Shown here: positions 13,061 to 25,038 of the stretch, piece after piece
How positions within the stretch are numbered: the first letter of the stretch is position 1
Layout: every line of letters begins with the position of its first letter
Assembly (NCBI RefSeq): GCF_006345805.1
Contig: NC_043010.1
Span: forward strand, 51,832,001 to 51,896,000
Length of the DNA stretch: 64,000 nt
DNA from: Octopus sinensis
Taxonomy: Eukaryota
Direction: 5' to 3'
Notes under the pieces: generated by a model
Told to the model about the DNA's origin: nothing
Seen by the model: the letters and a program-made list of their open reading frames with translations, nothing else
The model's database searches: none
Position numbers and translations under genes: made by a program

Positions 13061-13856
13061 CTTGAGAAGAAGGTGGTGAGCTGGCAGAAACGTTAGCACG
13101 CTGGGCGAAATGCTTAGCAGTATTTCGTCTGTCGTTACGTTCTAAGTTCAAATTCCGCCGAGGTCAACTTGGCCTTTCATCCTTTTGGGGTCGATAAATA
13201 AAGTACAAGTTTCACACTGGGGTCGATGTAATCGACTTAATCCCTTTGTCTGTCCTTGTTTGTTCCCTCTATGCTTAGCCCCTTGTGGGCAGTAAAGAAA
13301 TAAATATACCACGCTTGAGAAGACTTGCCAAGCCAAGTGAGACCGTAGTCATGGCTGATGTCAGTGTTTCGCAACTGGCACCCACGTTGGTGGCACAGTT
13401 GCAACATTCCACCCTAATAGTATGTTGACTTAGCAATGGAAACTAGAACTTTATGGAGAAAGTGGATATTGTATTGGGCTGCCAGCTCAGCTTTTTATTA
13501 TCATATTCATGCAGAAATATTACTACCTTTGATTCAAATAATTTTAAAATTGCTTGAAAACTAATTGAAAAATTAATTAAGGTAGACCAACACACTAAAA
13601 TTAACTGAGGTAAACCAGCACTCTAATTCACAAGCTGGAGTTAAACACTGCATTAAGGAATGATGTATATTTTATGTTTTGAACAAATGATTATTGTATA
13701 TAGTGTCCATTTAGAATACAAATACTGGTACTTAACTTATTGACCCTGAAAGGATGAAAGGCAAATTCAGACACAACAGAATTTGAACTCAGAATGTAAA
13801 GACAAATGCTAAGTATTTCGCTTAGTATACTAACAATTCTGCCAACTTGCCATTTT

Positions 13857-13892
<36 letters not shown>

Positions 13893-14063
13893 CCTTTTTG
13901 CTGTAGACACAAGGCCTGAAATTTCACTGGCACTTAATTTATTGACCCCGAAAGGATGAAAGGCAAATTCAGCCTCAACAGAATTTGAACTCAGAATGTA
14001 AAGACAAACGCTAATCATTTCGCTCGGTATGCTAACAATTCTGCCAACTTGCCATTTTATAAT

Positions 14064-14101
<38 letters not shown>

Positions 14102-14395
14102 TATAGCTTTGCTAGAAACATCCCACATCCTATGCAAGACATTATCAATCCGATAATACAACCTAAACAAAATAATCCACAAACACAAGACACACTCTGT
14201 ACAGCAATTATCCAATAAAATAAACTTCTACCAGTAATCCAAATAACCAATGCATAACACAGTCAACACACAATATAAACAGTAATACAACAAAAGACTG
14301 CACCACACCTCAAAAGAAAAAAGACTGACACAATACAATACTGGGAAGAATTTGCACACTCCCAATAGAAAAGAACACACAATGATGTACTTATC

Positions 14396-16429
14396 TCAGC
14401 AACACGGAGATGTAGCAGTAGAAATTTGCCTAAAACTACCAAATGTTGAACAATTATAATGATAATAATCAGTAATTCTTACCATTTGGAGGCAACCGAT
14501 AACCAACAGTAGGTAATAGGAAAAGGAGGTATTTCCACATGAAATTCCAAGATACATGCGCTTTCCACTACGTTCAATTAGACGATCACCATCCCTGACC
14601 ATTTTCATTCCCATATTTTGTACAACCACCATTGAAGTCAGAGGTGTAACAAAGCCATATTTGAGTGCTATTGAGATTATCTGGTCTCGAACTTTTGGAG
14701 TTCTTTCTAAATTTAATAACTTTTTTAAAGTGAGGTGAACCCATGTGTTGCGAGTTATAGTATGAAGAGACTGAAGTGTAGTCAGTTTGGGATTCTGTGG
14801 AATGGATTCAAGACCTAATTGAAATTCACCATTAAGGTTTTCAATAGGCAGCTTTAATTTTTCAGATTTCAAACCAGAAGAAGTGTCCATTGTGAGCAAA
14901 ATGCTTATGTCTTCTTTCAGGTCTTCTGATGTGGTACCAGCAACAACTATCTCAGAACCTTTGAAGTAATAGCTGAATGAATTTTCTGTTAAGGTTGTAC
15001 GATTGATAGCATCATCTAGGTAAACTATATCAATGTTTTTCAAAAGGATGCGAGAAATTTCTTGATATAAGTTTAAGATTTGCATTCGACTGTCAGCTGC
15101 TACATAGATCTTACGACTAAATCCACCGTTTGCACCAGCAAGTTGTTTCAAGAAATTCATGTCACTATTTTCACCAAAGCCTAATGTGAAAATAGAAGTA
15201 TCACTGTTAGCTTTCGCCACATTTTTTATAATAGTAAACCAGTCTACGACACCATCAGTTGGTTGGCCATCAGTCAGAAAAAAGATTAAATTTTTAGTCT
15301 CACTGGACTTTAGATTATCAAATTTATTCAGGCTGGTAAGAAGTGCTTCGTTAATGTTTGTTCCTCCACCCGTAGATAATCTATCAATATAGTTAAGAGC
15401 AACATTAATATTCTCCTTACTTGCTGGCAAAAAACCATCAGTCATCCAGTCAATGCCTGAACTAAATATTCCAATCATGAATGTGTCCAGAGCTTGTTTC
15501 AACGAATGAAGGATACCAGTCATTGCTTTTTTCAGTTGTTTCAATTTACGGCCAGACATTGAACCACTCACGTCTAACATGAAAACTATCTTCTTCTGAA
15601 GTGAGGGGAAAGAATCAGGAGCATAAAAATGTACAAAGTATCCATCGATAGCATAAACCATGTTTGAAGATACTTTCCAGTCGACATCATAGTTTACTTC
15701 AAACAGTCCTGTGATTCCCTGGGAAGATAAGGCCTTCTGGTCAGAGACACTGGGTTCATAGTTTATATAAACTTGTTTATTGTTTTTGTAGTCTATGTTC
15801 CCTACTTCTTTCGTCTCCTTCCTTATTTCAACAGCATTTTTTTCAAAACTCACTTGCTTAAGTTCAACGTTACACCGGCTAATGCCTTGAAGTTCTGATA
15901 TAAAGACTTCTATTTTAAAGTTCTCAATGATTTGTTTGTTGGTTAAATGAATAACATGTTTGTATTTCCCGAATGACCTTCGCAATAACTCTTGGTATGT
16001 GAGTGTGAACACAGCTGTTTTCTGTGCCTCTACGCTGACCATCACATGGAATGTGCTTGTGTGCCTATGTTCTGTGCCGACATAACCTGCTGACTCACCT
16101 CTTTGTGCAGCTTTGTCGTAAATCTCCTTGGCTTGCTTTTTCTCAAGAACATCTCCCACAAAAACAGAACCATTAACTTCCATGGTGAAATTTGACACAA
16201 ACGCATTTTCCGGAATGTTGACGTGAAATACGGCTAGTGCTGAAGATTTACGTGTGTTTTTGAATACAGTTTCCACTCTTGTGGTTGCATAGCGAAACTT
16301 GATGTCACTCATGACAGAAAAGGAATGAATGTTAAGTGAAGAATCGTCTGCAACAACTTCAGAACCAAGAACAAACCCAAACAGTAGAAGTTGGAAAATA
16401 AACATATTATTTTCGATATCCTTCATCAT
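14396..16429 (-). CDS. Inter-alpha-trypsin inhibitor heavy chain-like protein (signal peptide, VIT, vWA), single coding exon, 677 aa
   Basis: Hydrophobic N-terminus MFIFQLLLFGFVLG; VIT motifs FRYATTRV, IPENAFVSNFTM, YQELLRR; MIDAS LDVSGSM...GGGTNINEAL...FFLTDGQPT; KYGFVTPLTSMVV; 2034-bp uninterrupted ORF. Confidence 0.92.
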   Translation of the reverse strand: MMKDIENNMFIFQLLLFGFVLGSEVVADDSSLNIHSFSVMSDIKFRYATTRVETVFKNTRKSSALAVFHVNIPENAFVSNFTMEVNGSVFVGDVLEKKQAKEIYDKAAQRGESAGYVGTEHRHTSTFHVMVSVEAQKTAVFTLTYQELLRRSFGKYKHVIHLTNKQIIENFKIEVFISELQGISRCNVELKQVSFEKNAVEIRKETKEVGNIDYKNNKQVYINYEPSVSDQKALSSQGITGLFEVNYDVDWKVSSNMVYAIDGYFVHFYAPDSFPSLQKKIVFMLDVSGSMSGRKLKQLKKAMTGILHSLKQALDTFMIGIFSSGIDWMTDGFLPASKENINVALNYIDRLSTGGGTNINEALLTSLNKFDNLKSSETKNLIFFLTDGQPTDGVVDWFTIIKNVAKANSDTSIFTLGFGENSDMNFLKQLAGANGGFSRKIYVAADSRMQILNLYQEISRILLKNIDIVYLDDAINRTTLTENSFSYYFKGSEIVVAGTTSEDLKEDISILLTMDTSSGLKSEKLKLPIENLNGEFQLGLESIPQNPKLTTLQSLHTITRNTWVHLTLKKLLNLERTPKVRDQIISIALKYGFVTPLTSMVVVQNMGMKMVRDGDRLIERSGKRMYLGISCGNTSFSYYLLLVIGCLQMVRITDYYHYNCSTFGSFRQISTATSPCC

Positions 16430-16453
16430 TTTATTCCTTCTAAATATGAGTAA

Positions 16454-16482
16454 CTGAAATATAAAAGAAATAAAACATTTAT
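16454..16482 (-). promoter_or_regulatory. Splice acceptor 24 nt upstream of the ITIH-like ATG
   Basis: Minus strand tttatttcttttatatttcag|TTACTC; implies a separate non-coding 5' exon. Confidence 0.7.
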
Positions 16483-17254
16483 TTTTTAAAAAATGGTAAA
16501 ATTTAGATGATTACTATCTTCAAAAGAAACAATTTTTAAAAAGGAAAACATGAATTTATTGTTACACCATACATAATTGCATAAATATTCCACATAAAAA
16601 TATAAATCCAAAAATACAATTATAAGCAAAGCAAAAAGAAAGAAGAATATCATCAACTCAACACTAAGTTCATCAATCGACCACTCTCAAGACACTAGTG
16701 TGTAATTTTAGTGATATATAGCTGTTATTTCTAGCATAATCGCTCGGTAAGAAGGGATACTCTGAACATGATAAAAGAGTAAACCACCTTATCCTTCTAA
16801 CCATTAACGAGTCAATATAAAGACCCTCACCCAGGGAACAAACAAAAAAGAATAAAATAACCAGCCTGGGTGGTGTTAATAAGTATGTGGAAAATGAATA
16901 TGAAAAAAAAAAGCTCGCTGATGACCCTGGGGGATGGAGAGGGGACTTTCGGAAAATTCACAAGATCCGATTTTTCTGTCATAACGTGGATATATATTTA
17001 GCTTTTTTACGAAATCCCATGTTTCTGGTTATGAAGGATCCGATTCTAAAAAAAACTTTCAAAAAATCGCATTTTCAAAATTTCAATTACACACCCTTAC
17101 TATTTTTCACTTTTCATGGAAATTTTTTTTTTTTTTTGCAAAATATGTAGAAAAATACGAAGATTACGATTCTGAAAAAAATTGGTTTGTAAAATTTAAT
17201 CTTTCAAAAAAAAATATATATATGGATTCCCAGTAATTCTTCTAGAAATATGTA

Positions 17255-18865
17255 AGCGAGTCCTAGCAAGACCACTGCCATCCCTCCTTCAGAGCTTCCT
17301 TGCAACTGGCAAACTTCCAAGAAAACTGAAGGAGGGTAAAATATGCCCTATTCATAAAGGAGGTAGCAGAGCGGAGGCCGAGAACTACAGACCTATCTCT
17401 CTGATCTCACATATCAGCAAGGTCATGAAACGAATAGTCAGAAGAAAACTAATTGCCTTCCTTGGACAAAATGACTTGCTGCCTGACACTCAACATGGTT
17501 TCCAACCAGAAAGAAGTTGTCTGACTCAGCTCTTACAACAGTATGACTAGGTGCTGAAACAGCTGCTCAACCACTCAAATGTGGAAGTGATATATCTCAA
17601 CTTTGCAAAGGCCTTTGATAAAGTCGATCATGGAATGATATGTCACAAACTTCGTGATCTCGGCATAGTTGGAAAATTGGGAGAATGGCTTCATGACTTT
17701 CTGAAGGATAGAAGTCAGGTGGCAGTAGCCAATGAGGCCACCTCCAGTGACATGCAAATTGTGAGTGGTGTTTCACAAGGCATTGTTTTGGGACCACTAC
17801 TGTTCATAATGGCCTTCTCGGACATGCCCCCCACCCCAGCCATACAGAGAGCCATGATCACAAGTTATGCAGATGATACAAAAGTCTCACTGGTAATACA
17901 GAACCCTGAAGACACTATGTACCTGCAATGTGAGCTGGATGGAATATACAAGTGGGCTGAAAAGAATAGCATGCAGTTTAATGCTGTAAAGTTTCAAGCC
18001 TTGTGCTATCAGCATGCAAAACTAAATGCAATACCCAATAAATACACTGGACCGGGAGAGATTGCAATTCCAGAGAAACAGTCAGTGCTAGACCTGGGCA
18101 TTTACATGAGTGATGATGCATCCTTTCATGTGCATGTTGTGAAATTGGCAATGAAATGCTGACCGGATGGATTCTTAGAACTTTTAGAACAAGAGACCAG
18201 GAAACCATGATGATCCTCTGGAGGACACTTGTCCTAAGCCACTTTGACTATTGCTCTCAGCTATGGTCACCAGTGACATTAATCTCAGAACTTGAGGCAA
18301 TCCAACGTAGCTACACGAAGAAGATAGCCTCTATGCAGCATATAAGCTATTGGGAAAGACTCAAGAGATTAAGACTATTCCTTAGAGTGTAGGCGAGAAA
18401 GATATGCCATAATATACATCTGGAAGATCCTAGAAGGACTTGTCCCAAACTTTGGCATCGAGATTTACACAAATACTAGAACTGGGCACCACTGCATAGT
18501 GCTAAGGACTCCAAATTTGCCATCAAGATGTAGGACAAGATACTGCAATAGCCTGGGCTTCAGAGGTCCACAGCTCTTTAATATCCTCCCAAAGGACCTG
18601 AGAGACCTGCATGGAGTAGATGTAGGTGTCTTCAAAATAAAGCTGGACCTCTTTCTGTTAGGTGTCCCAGATGAACTAACTTCATGGCAGGAGGTGCAGA
18701 TGAAGGTAGCTGCATCAAACTCTTTCATGCACCAAATGTCAATTCCTAAAAAGCATTTGTGAAGTAAAATTATGTAGCAACACCAAATGGTGGTGCCCCA
18801 GCATGGCCACAGCTCATGAGCTGAAACTAGATAAAGTAAAATAAAATTTTAAAATAAAATAAATT
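17255..18865 (+). mobile_element. 5'-truncated CR1/L2-like LINE (RT domain to 3' end), decayed
   Basis: NYRPISL, QHGF, NFAKAFDKVDH, GVSQGIVLGPLLF, YADD, LGIYM, LWSP, GFRGPQLFN motifs with stops and frameshifts; 3' stem-loop and (TAAAA)n tail. Confidence 0.9.
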
Positions 18866-18866
18866 T

Positions 18867-19042
18867 GAGTGGCTGTGTGGTAAGTAGCTTGCTTACGAAC
18901 CACATGGTTCCGGGTTCAGTCCCACTGCGTGGCACCTTGAGCAGGTGTCTTGTACTATAGCCTCAGGCAGACCAAAGCCTTGTGAGTGGATTTGGTAGAC
19001 GGAAACTGAAAGAACCCCGTCGTATATATGTATATATATATG

Positions 19043-19131
<89 letters not shown>

Positions 19132-19350
19132 GTATGCGTATATATTTGTGTGTCTGCGTTTGTCCCCCCAACATCGCTTGACAACCGATGCTGGTGTGTT
19201 TACATCCCCGTAACTTAGCGGTTCGGCAAAAGAGACAGCTAGAATAAGTACTAGGCATACAAAGAATAAGTCCTGGAGTCGATTTGCTCAACTAAAAGTC
19301 GGTGCTCCAGCATGCCCACAGTCAAATGACTGAAACAAGTAAAAGAGAGT
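18867..19350 (+). mobile_element. tRNA-derived SINE family A with internal (TA)n
   Basis: gagtggctgtgtggtaagtagcttgct...gtcaaatgactgaaacaagtaaaagag. Confidence 0.9.
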
Positions 19351-20248
19351 ATATATATATACCCTCAGGCCTTCAAGCAGGCTATCCATATGCTAGAAAT
19401 AACAGCCAAATCTCACAAAACAGCAATAACATATTGCAATCAATCTACTCACCTTTCTGAAAAGGTTTCTTTCAGAGTAATTTCCCACAGTAATATGACA
19501 AAGTATTCATGTGAAATTAAAGTAGTCTTTTTTTTAAATTTTCTTTTTTAAACTTTTTTAAAAACTTTTTCCGAATTTTTTTCCCCCATCAATCTACGTG
19601 GGAAAACGCGGAGATTAAAAATACGGAAAAAATTAAAACAAATTCAAATTTTAATTTCAAATTTTTTATGAAAAACTCCGACCCAAAATCACCCCAGCCA
19701 TCCCGCTGTTTTCACTGTTTTTGTATACGTTCTAGTAAAATGCCTGAGGGTAACTGAAATTCTAGTAAAAGGCCTGGGGTAATTGAAATTTTGAAAATGC
19801 GACTATTTGAAAATTTTTTTCCAGCATCGGATCCTCCATAACTAAAAACGTAGGATTCAGTAAAAAAAATCAATATATATCCATTTACCGGAAGTTATGA
19901 CGGAAAAATCGGATCTTGTGAATTTTCCGAAAGTCCCTTCCGCACCCCCAGGGTCGACAGCGCGCATTTTTTTTTTTTTTTCGCATTCGTTTTCCATATA
20001 CTTGTTAACACCCCTCAGGCTGGTTAATTTTTCTTTTCTCCGGGAGTATTGTGTGTGTTTGTGCGCGCGTGATTCCGTTTTTTCCTCGCTGGAGGTGTCA
20101 TTATAAATGCTACATTATTCGGATCTTTACCTTTTGATCGACAGATTTTTTAAATAATTTTTTTGTAACTAAACAAGATCGCCCAAGATCCTATTCTTCA
20201 ACGCGTTAGATTTTCATGTTAGAGAGCAGGATGTAATTTGATGGAGAT

Positions 20249-20402
20249 GTGGCAGTGTGGTAAGTAGCTTGCTTACCAACCACATGGTTCCGAGTTCAGT
20301 CCCACTGCGTGGCACTTTGGGCAAGTGTCTTCTACTATAGCCTCGGGCCTACCAAAAGTCTTGTGAGTGGATTTGGTAGACGGAAACTGAAAGCAGCCCG
20401 TC

Positions 20403-20438
<36 letters not shown>

Positions 20439-20641
20439 CTGCGTTTGTCCCCCCCCCCAAACATCGCTTGACATCCGATGCTGGTGTGTTTGTGTCCCCG
20501 TAACTTAGCGGTTCGGCAAAAGAGACCGATAGGATAAGTACTAGGCTTACAAAGAATAAGTCCTGGGGGTCGCTTTGCTCGACTAAAGGTGGTGCTCCAG
20601 CATGGCCGCAGTCAAATGACTGAAACAAGTAAAAGAGTAAA
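20249..20641 (+). mobile_element. SINE family A flanked by a long direct duplication
   Basis: Same consensus as 18867; flanks 20184-20247 and 20642-20712 are duplicated. Confidence 0.85.
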
Positions 20642-21364
20642 CAAGATCCTGTTCTTCAACGCGTTAGATCTTCATGTTAGAGAGCATGTTAGAGTATGTG
20701 ATTTGATGGAGACTTATTTGTTGGGTTGATACTACATTATATCTCGTACGTATGTTTGGCAATTAGTTCTCAAATTACCAATTGTTAATTTGCTATTATG
20801 AGACTGCAACTGCATTATTTATATATCTTACATGCACACACACTCACTGTATTATTAATATCGACACACGACACGCACAGAGAGGTTCGTTATGGATAAC
20901 AGAATAGATAAAACTCGATACATGAATATATATCTTTTATTTTTAATCAGTAGGAGTTACAAAGTGACTCATGGGCCGAGAGTTTCGTTCATGCTTAGCC
21001 TTTGAGTCTCTTTGTAGTTCTGTTAATTAAGAATAATAAAATATATAAATAGATTTCAATTACGGATTTTTCTATCTTTTTTTTTTCCTTTTTTTGCTAT
21101 ACAAACAAAACATTTTTCTTCATTTCAATAATTATGAGAAAGTAGTTCAGTGACAATGACGCAGTAACATGCGTATTGTTGTTATCGAATATTTGAAAGT
21201 TGTTTTGCCAGTCATATCGAAACATCGACATATCATTATTATTTGTAAACAATACGGATCTGGTATTATTGATTTATATTTTGGATTTGATCTTCCCCCA
21301 ATTTTTTTTTCTGTGGTCACCAGACACTTGTACTAAAGCAATAACTTGTGTGTGTGTGTGTGTA

Positions 21365-21411
<47 letters not shown>

Positions 21412-21493
21412 CACGCTATTTTTCTTTTGTTTTTTTTTGCTCGGCTATGTATGCATGTATGTATGTATGTGTGTGTGTATAAAGCACACGCAG

Positions 21494-21531
<38 letters not shown>

Positions 21532-21663
21532 ATATATATATATAGGTATATATATATATAATATATAGGTATATTATATATATATATATAGGTATATATA
21601 TATATATATATATATAGGTATATATATATATATATATATATATAGGTATATATATATATATAT

Positions 21664-21718
<55 letters not shown>

Positions 21719-21905
21719 ATATTACCTATATATATATATATATATAATACACACACACACACACACATATGTATGTATGTTTATAAAACACACACAGAAA
21801 TATATAGATATATATATATATATCATATAATAATATAGTCACATTCGAACGTGGATCTGCATGTTTGAAAGATCCTTGTTATCAAGCAATTACGTTTTAC
21901 CTTAC

Positions 21906-21969
21906 CTTGAATCTTCCCCAATCTCTTTTGGCTGCTGTGGCTTCTCTCTCTCTCTCTCACACACACACC

Positions 21970-22001
<32 letters not shown>

Positions 22002-22120
22002 GTCTTTCTCACTCTCTGTCTTTCTCTTTGCAGTGGTTCTTCTCTTCCCCCACGCCGCCACCAAACCCATTACCAAAAACATACAAACATACAAGTAAGC
22101 GAAGGGAGATTACTCTGATC
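21906..22120 (-). other. Candidate non-coding first exon with a (GA)n tract, possibly of the ITIH-like gene
   Basis: Strong donor CAAG|GTAAGG at 21906/21905; motif cluster immediately upstream; the 5' boundary is a guess. Confidence 0.4.
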
Positions 22121-22129
22121 ATCAGTGTA

Positions 22130-22340
22130 ACATGACGTCATATACTACAAGCCCAACCTATGACACCAGCACTCAAATTTTATAGACTAACAGGCGTCAC
22201 CAAACTTTATAGACTACCCTGCACATGCGCACACACGAGGGTAACGCCTCTTAGAATACTGGTCTCTATTTTCGATAGTTTATAACAACCTTCCTTCCTC
22301 AGTCATTACAGGCATTTCCTTCATTGCATGACGTCAAATA
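22130..22340. promoter_or_regulatory. Promoter-like cluster: two TGACGTCA (CRE) palindromes and a TGCGCA motif
   Basis: tgacgtca at about 22134 and 22328, catgcgca at about 22224; locally CpG-richer non-repeat sequence. Confidence 0.35.
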
Positions 22341-22766
22341 AATATATAAACACTCATTGACAATTAGCATAGTTGACGATTAAAAATGTGTATCAGCGAG
22401 TTGTGTTTGATATATTCCTTACACGGATATCAGCATTGGACCCTCCAAAAGTTCAATAGAGATCCTGGCGTTTATCAACCCCTTTTTTGATACCCAGGCA
22501 TTTATCCCAGGCATTTGAAGAGTCCTTTGGACCTCCCCACTCCCAAGGGAGTTCAGGATGTTGACGGTCGCTCTGAACGAGGTTGGATACCCTTGCATTA
22601 AATCATTCCTTACCAAATGGAAGTAGACGTTGAACAAGGTACAGTAGTTTCAGATATAGAGACAAAAGGCTGGAGTTTCAGAATAACGAACATTATCTCA
22701 CTGGGAAGGAAAAAATCATAGAACTGAGTCAAGGGTGGGGGGTGCATACATAAAAATATTTAATTT

Positions 22767-23167
22767 ATAGGCGCAGGAGTGGCTGTGTGGTAAGTAGCTT
22801 GCTAACCAACCACATGGTTCCGGGTTCAGTCCCACTGCGTGGCATCTTGGGCAAGTGTCTTCTGCTATAGCCCCGGGCCGACCAATGCCTTCTGAGTGGA
22901 TTTGGTAGATGGAAACTGAAAGAATCCTGTCGTATATATGTATATATATATATGTATGTGTGTGTTTGTGTGTCTGTGTTTGTCCCCCTAGCATTGCTTG
23001 ACAACCGATGCTGGTGTGTTTACGTCCCCGTCACTTAGCGGTTCGGCAAAAGAGACTGATAGAATAAGTACTGGGCTTACAAAGAATAAGTCCCGGGGTC
23101 GATTTGCTCGACTAAAGGCGGTGCTCCAGCATGGCCGCAGTCAAATGACTGAAACAAGTAAAAGAGT
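22767..23167 (+). mobile_element. SINE family A
   Basis: Full consensus from ataggcgcaggagtggc to the tail. Confidence 0.9.
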
Positions 23168-23358
23168 ATTGGAAAAAAAATTCTTTCAAAATCATTATTT
23201 CCGTTATACACAGGGATACAAAACTTAAAAAAGATAGGAATACTATAAAAAAAAAGGGGGGGGACCTCTCAATTTCTTGCCCCTTTTCTTCCCCAATAAA
23301 TTAGTAATGGTTCCCAAGTCGTAGAGACCTCCAGGGTCAATTTCCTGGATTTTCTGGC

Positions 23359-23374
23359 ATATATACTCTGCGTT
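23359..23374 (+). repeat. Left target-site duplication of the Tx1-like element
   Basis: ATATATACTCTGCGTT, identical to 28670-28685. Confidence 0.9.
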
Positions 23375-23585
23375 ATATGCGGAGAGCAGTTTGTTGGCTG
23401 TTTCTTGTTTGCGTTTTGCGTTGTGAGAAATTGCTGCTGCTATTTGAGAGAATTCGAAGTTATAATATCATTGTTTGTGTAAACTGTTCTGAACAGTACC
23501 CGTCGTAAAACGATAATTTTCGCCCTACGGGGCAGAAAATTTTGTACTAACCATATTCTTGTTACCTTAAAGGTAACTTTCAGAG

Positions 23586-25010
23586 ATGGAGTTCGACCTG
23601 ACGTCGAAGGAGGACTTTCCCGTGATGGGAAAAGGTGAAAAAGAGGAAAATCAAGTACCCAGGCAATCATTCTCGGCCGCGGTGGGCGGCGCCATGTTGG
23701 AGATAGAATTCAAGATTGAACAACTGTACGAATATAGGAATTTGGTAAAACTAGAAGGAGGAGAAATAAGGCTTGTGCCGCCGCAAGCGAAGGTGCAAGA
23801 AATTAAGGAAAAGATCGTAATCTATAAAGTGTACAACTTTAAAGAAAAAAAGATCATGGAAGTAAAAAACGAAACCGTTGAGAAATGCTTGGCCCCGGTG
23901 TGGGATAAAATTCGCCATATAGTGAGAGGTGCACGAAGTGCCACGATCGAAGCACACTTTGACACGGCAGAGGTGGCGAAGGAGGTGTCGTCGTTGACCC
24001 TTAAAAACGACGACATCATGCTGCTACCCTCGTATATGGGGAAGAGAACCGCAAAGGTAACGGTTGAAGACATACCCAGAGGATACGACACCATGTGGGT
24101 AGCAGCGGCGGTCTTACATGATGTGGAACGCGAAATGAACATACTGCAAATGAGAAGGAAGGAAGCGGTACGTTGGAGGGGTCAGACTCTGGAGCTCCTC
24201 GTACAGGCAGAGAACAAGATCTTGGAGAGCCTGCCTGACAGGATTTTTAACGAGGATGGCACGTCCATGAGAGTGTCGGTGGAAGGACGAAGACCCAGAT
24301 GCTTCAAGTGTGGAGAAAAGGGTCACGTCCGTTCCAATTGCATCAGGAAAAAAAGAACAGAAGATGCGGCCCCTCCAAGTGTACCCAATGCGGAGGGAGA
24401 GGAAGCTAAGAAGAACAACAAAACGACCAAGACAAATACGGAAGCAAAAATAGACCAAATAGAACCGATGGAATACACCCAAGTTACGCACAAAAGAAAA
24501 AAAGAAAATACCCTGGACTCCCCTCCCCAAACAAGGAAAAAAACAACTAACACTGCAGACACACACATTAAACAAATCCCCCAACCCTACCCCCACGGCA
24601 CTGTTTTCATTGGAAAACAGTTTGCCAAGCCCCTCCCCGTAAAACAAGATCCTAAAAAATGTTTATTGAAAAATGAAAAAATAATTGCGTTTGATGAAAA
24701 AAACGAAAAAGTTTACAAATGCTGCAAACTGTCGAGGTTCATGCTGTATAGCAGAACCTCAGATGGAAAAGCAATTGCGCGCTTCGCCAAGGTAGGCGAG
24801 AACGAATGGAAGGAGGAGGTTCTTCAGGAACACCTGAAGAACCGCCTAATAAGAGATGTCACCAAAGAGGTGTTAGAAGGAAAACTAACAATAACCCCGG
24901 CAACCACACCAACCCAGAGCCCAGTGGCAACGCCGGTCAAGGGCCCTGCAGTAGCGGAAGAAAGGGAAGCAGGCAAAATCAGACCGCCGTGCTCCCTTTC
25001 ACAACCGTGA
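23586..25010 (+). CDS. Tx1-like ORF1p (gag-like, CCHC zinc knuckle), 474 aa
   Basis: CFKCGEKGHVRSNC (CX2CX4HX4C), SFSAAV motif, position upstream of ORF2. Confidence 0.88.
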   Translation: MEFDLTSKEDFPVMGKGEKEENQVPRQSFSAAVGGAMLEIEFKIEQLYEYRNLVKLEGGEIRLVPPQAKVQEIKEKIVIYKVYNFKEKKIMEVKNETVEKCLAPVWDKIRHIVRGARSATIEAHFDTAEVAKEVSSLTLKNDDIMLLPSYMGKRTAKVTVEDIPRGYDTMWVAAAVLHDVEREMNILQMRRKEAVRWRGQTLELLVQAENKILESLPDRIFNEDGTSMRVSVEGRRPRCFKCGEKGHVRSNCIRKKRTEDAAPPSVPNAEGEEAKKNNKTTKTNTEAKIDQIEPMEYTQVTHKRKKENTLDSPPQTRKKTTNTADTHIKQIPQPYPHGTVFIGKQFAKPLPVKQDPKKCLLKNEKIIAFDEKNEKVYKCCKLSRFMLYSRTSDGKAIARFAKVGENEWKEEVLQEHLKNRLIRDVTKEVLEGKLTITPATTPTQSPVATPVKGPAVAEEREAGKIRPPCSLSQP

Positions 25011-25038
25011 GTATAATTATTTTCCTCCCTCGCCCACA

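Larger units (their letters stand above)
16845..20040. mobile_element. Fold-back/long-TIR element (arms about 16845-17100 and 19770-20040) carrying nested LINE and SINE insertions
   Basis: ggggactttcggaaaattcacaagatccgattttt...cgcattttcaaaatttcaattac occurs on + at left and on - at right. Confidence 0.65.

Noticed and set aside
22034-22094. Plus-strand mini-exon (ttgcag|...ACAA|gtaagc)
   Set aside because: No partner exons or ORF were found; the acceptor is supplied by a (CT)n microsatellite
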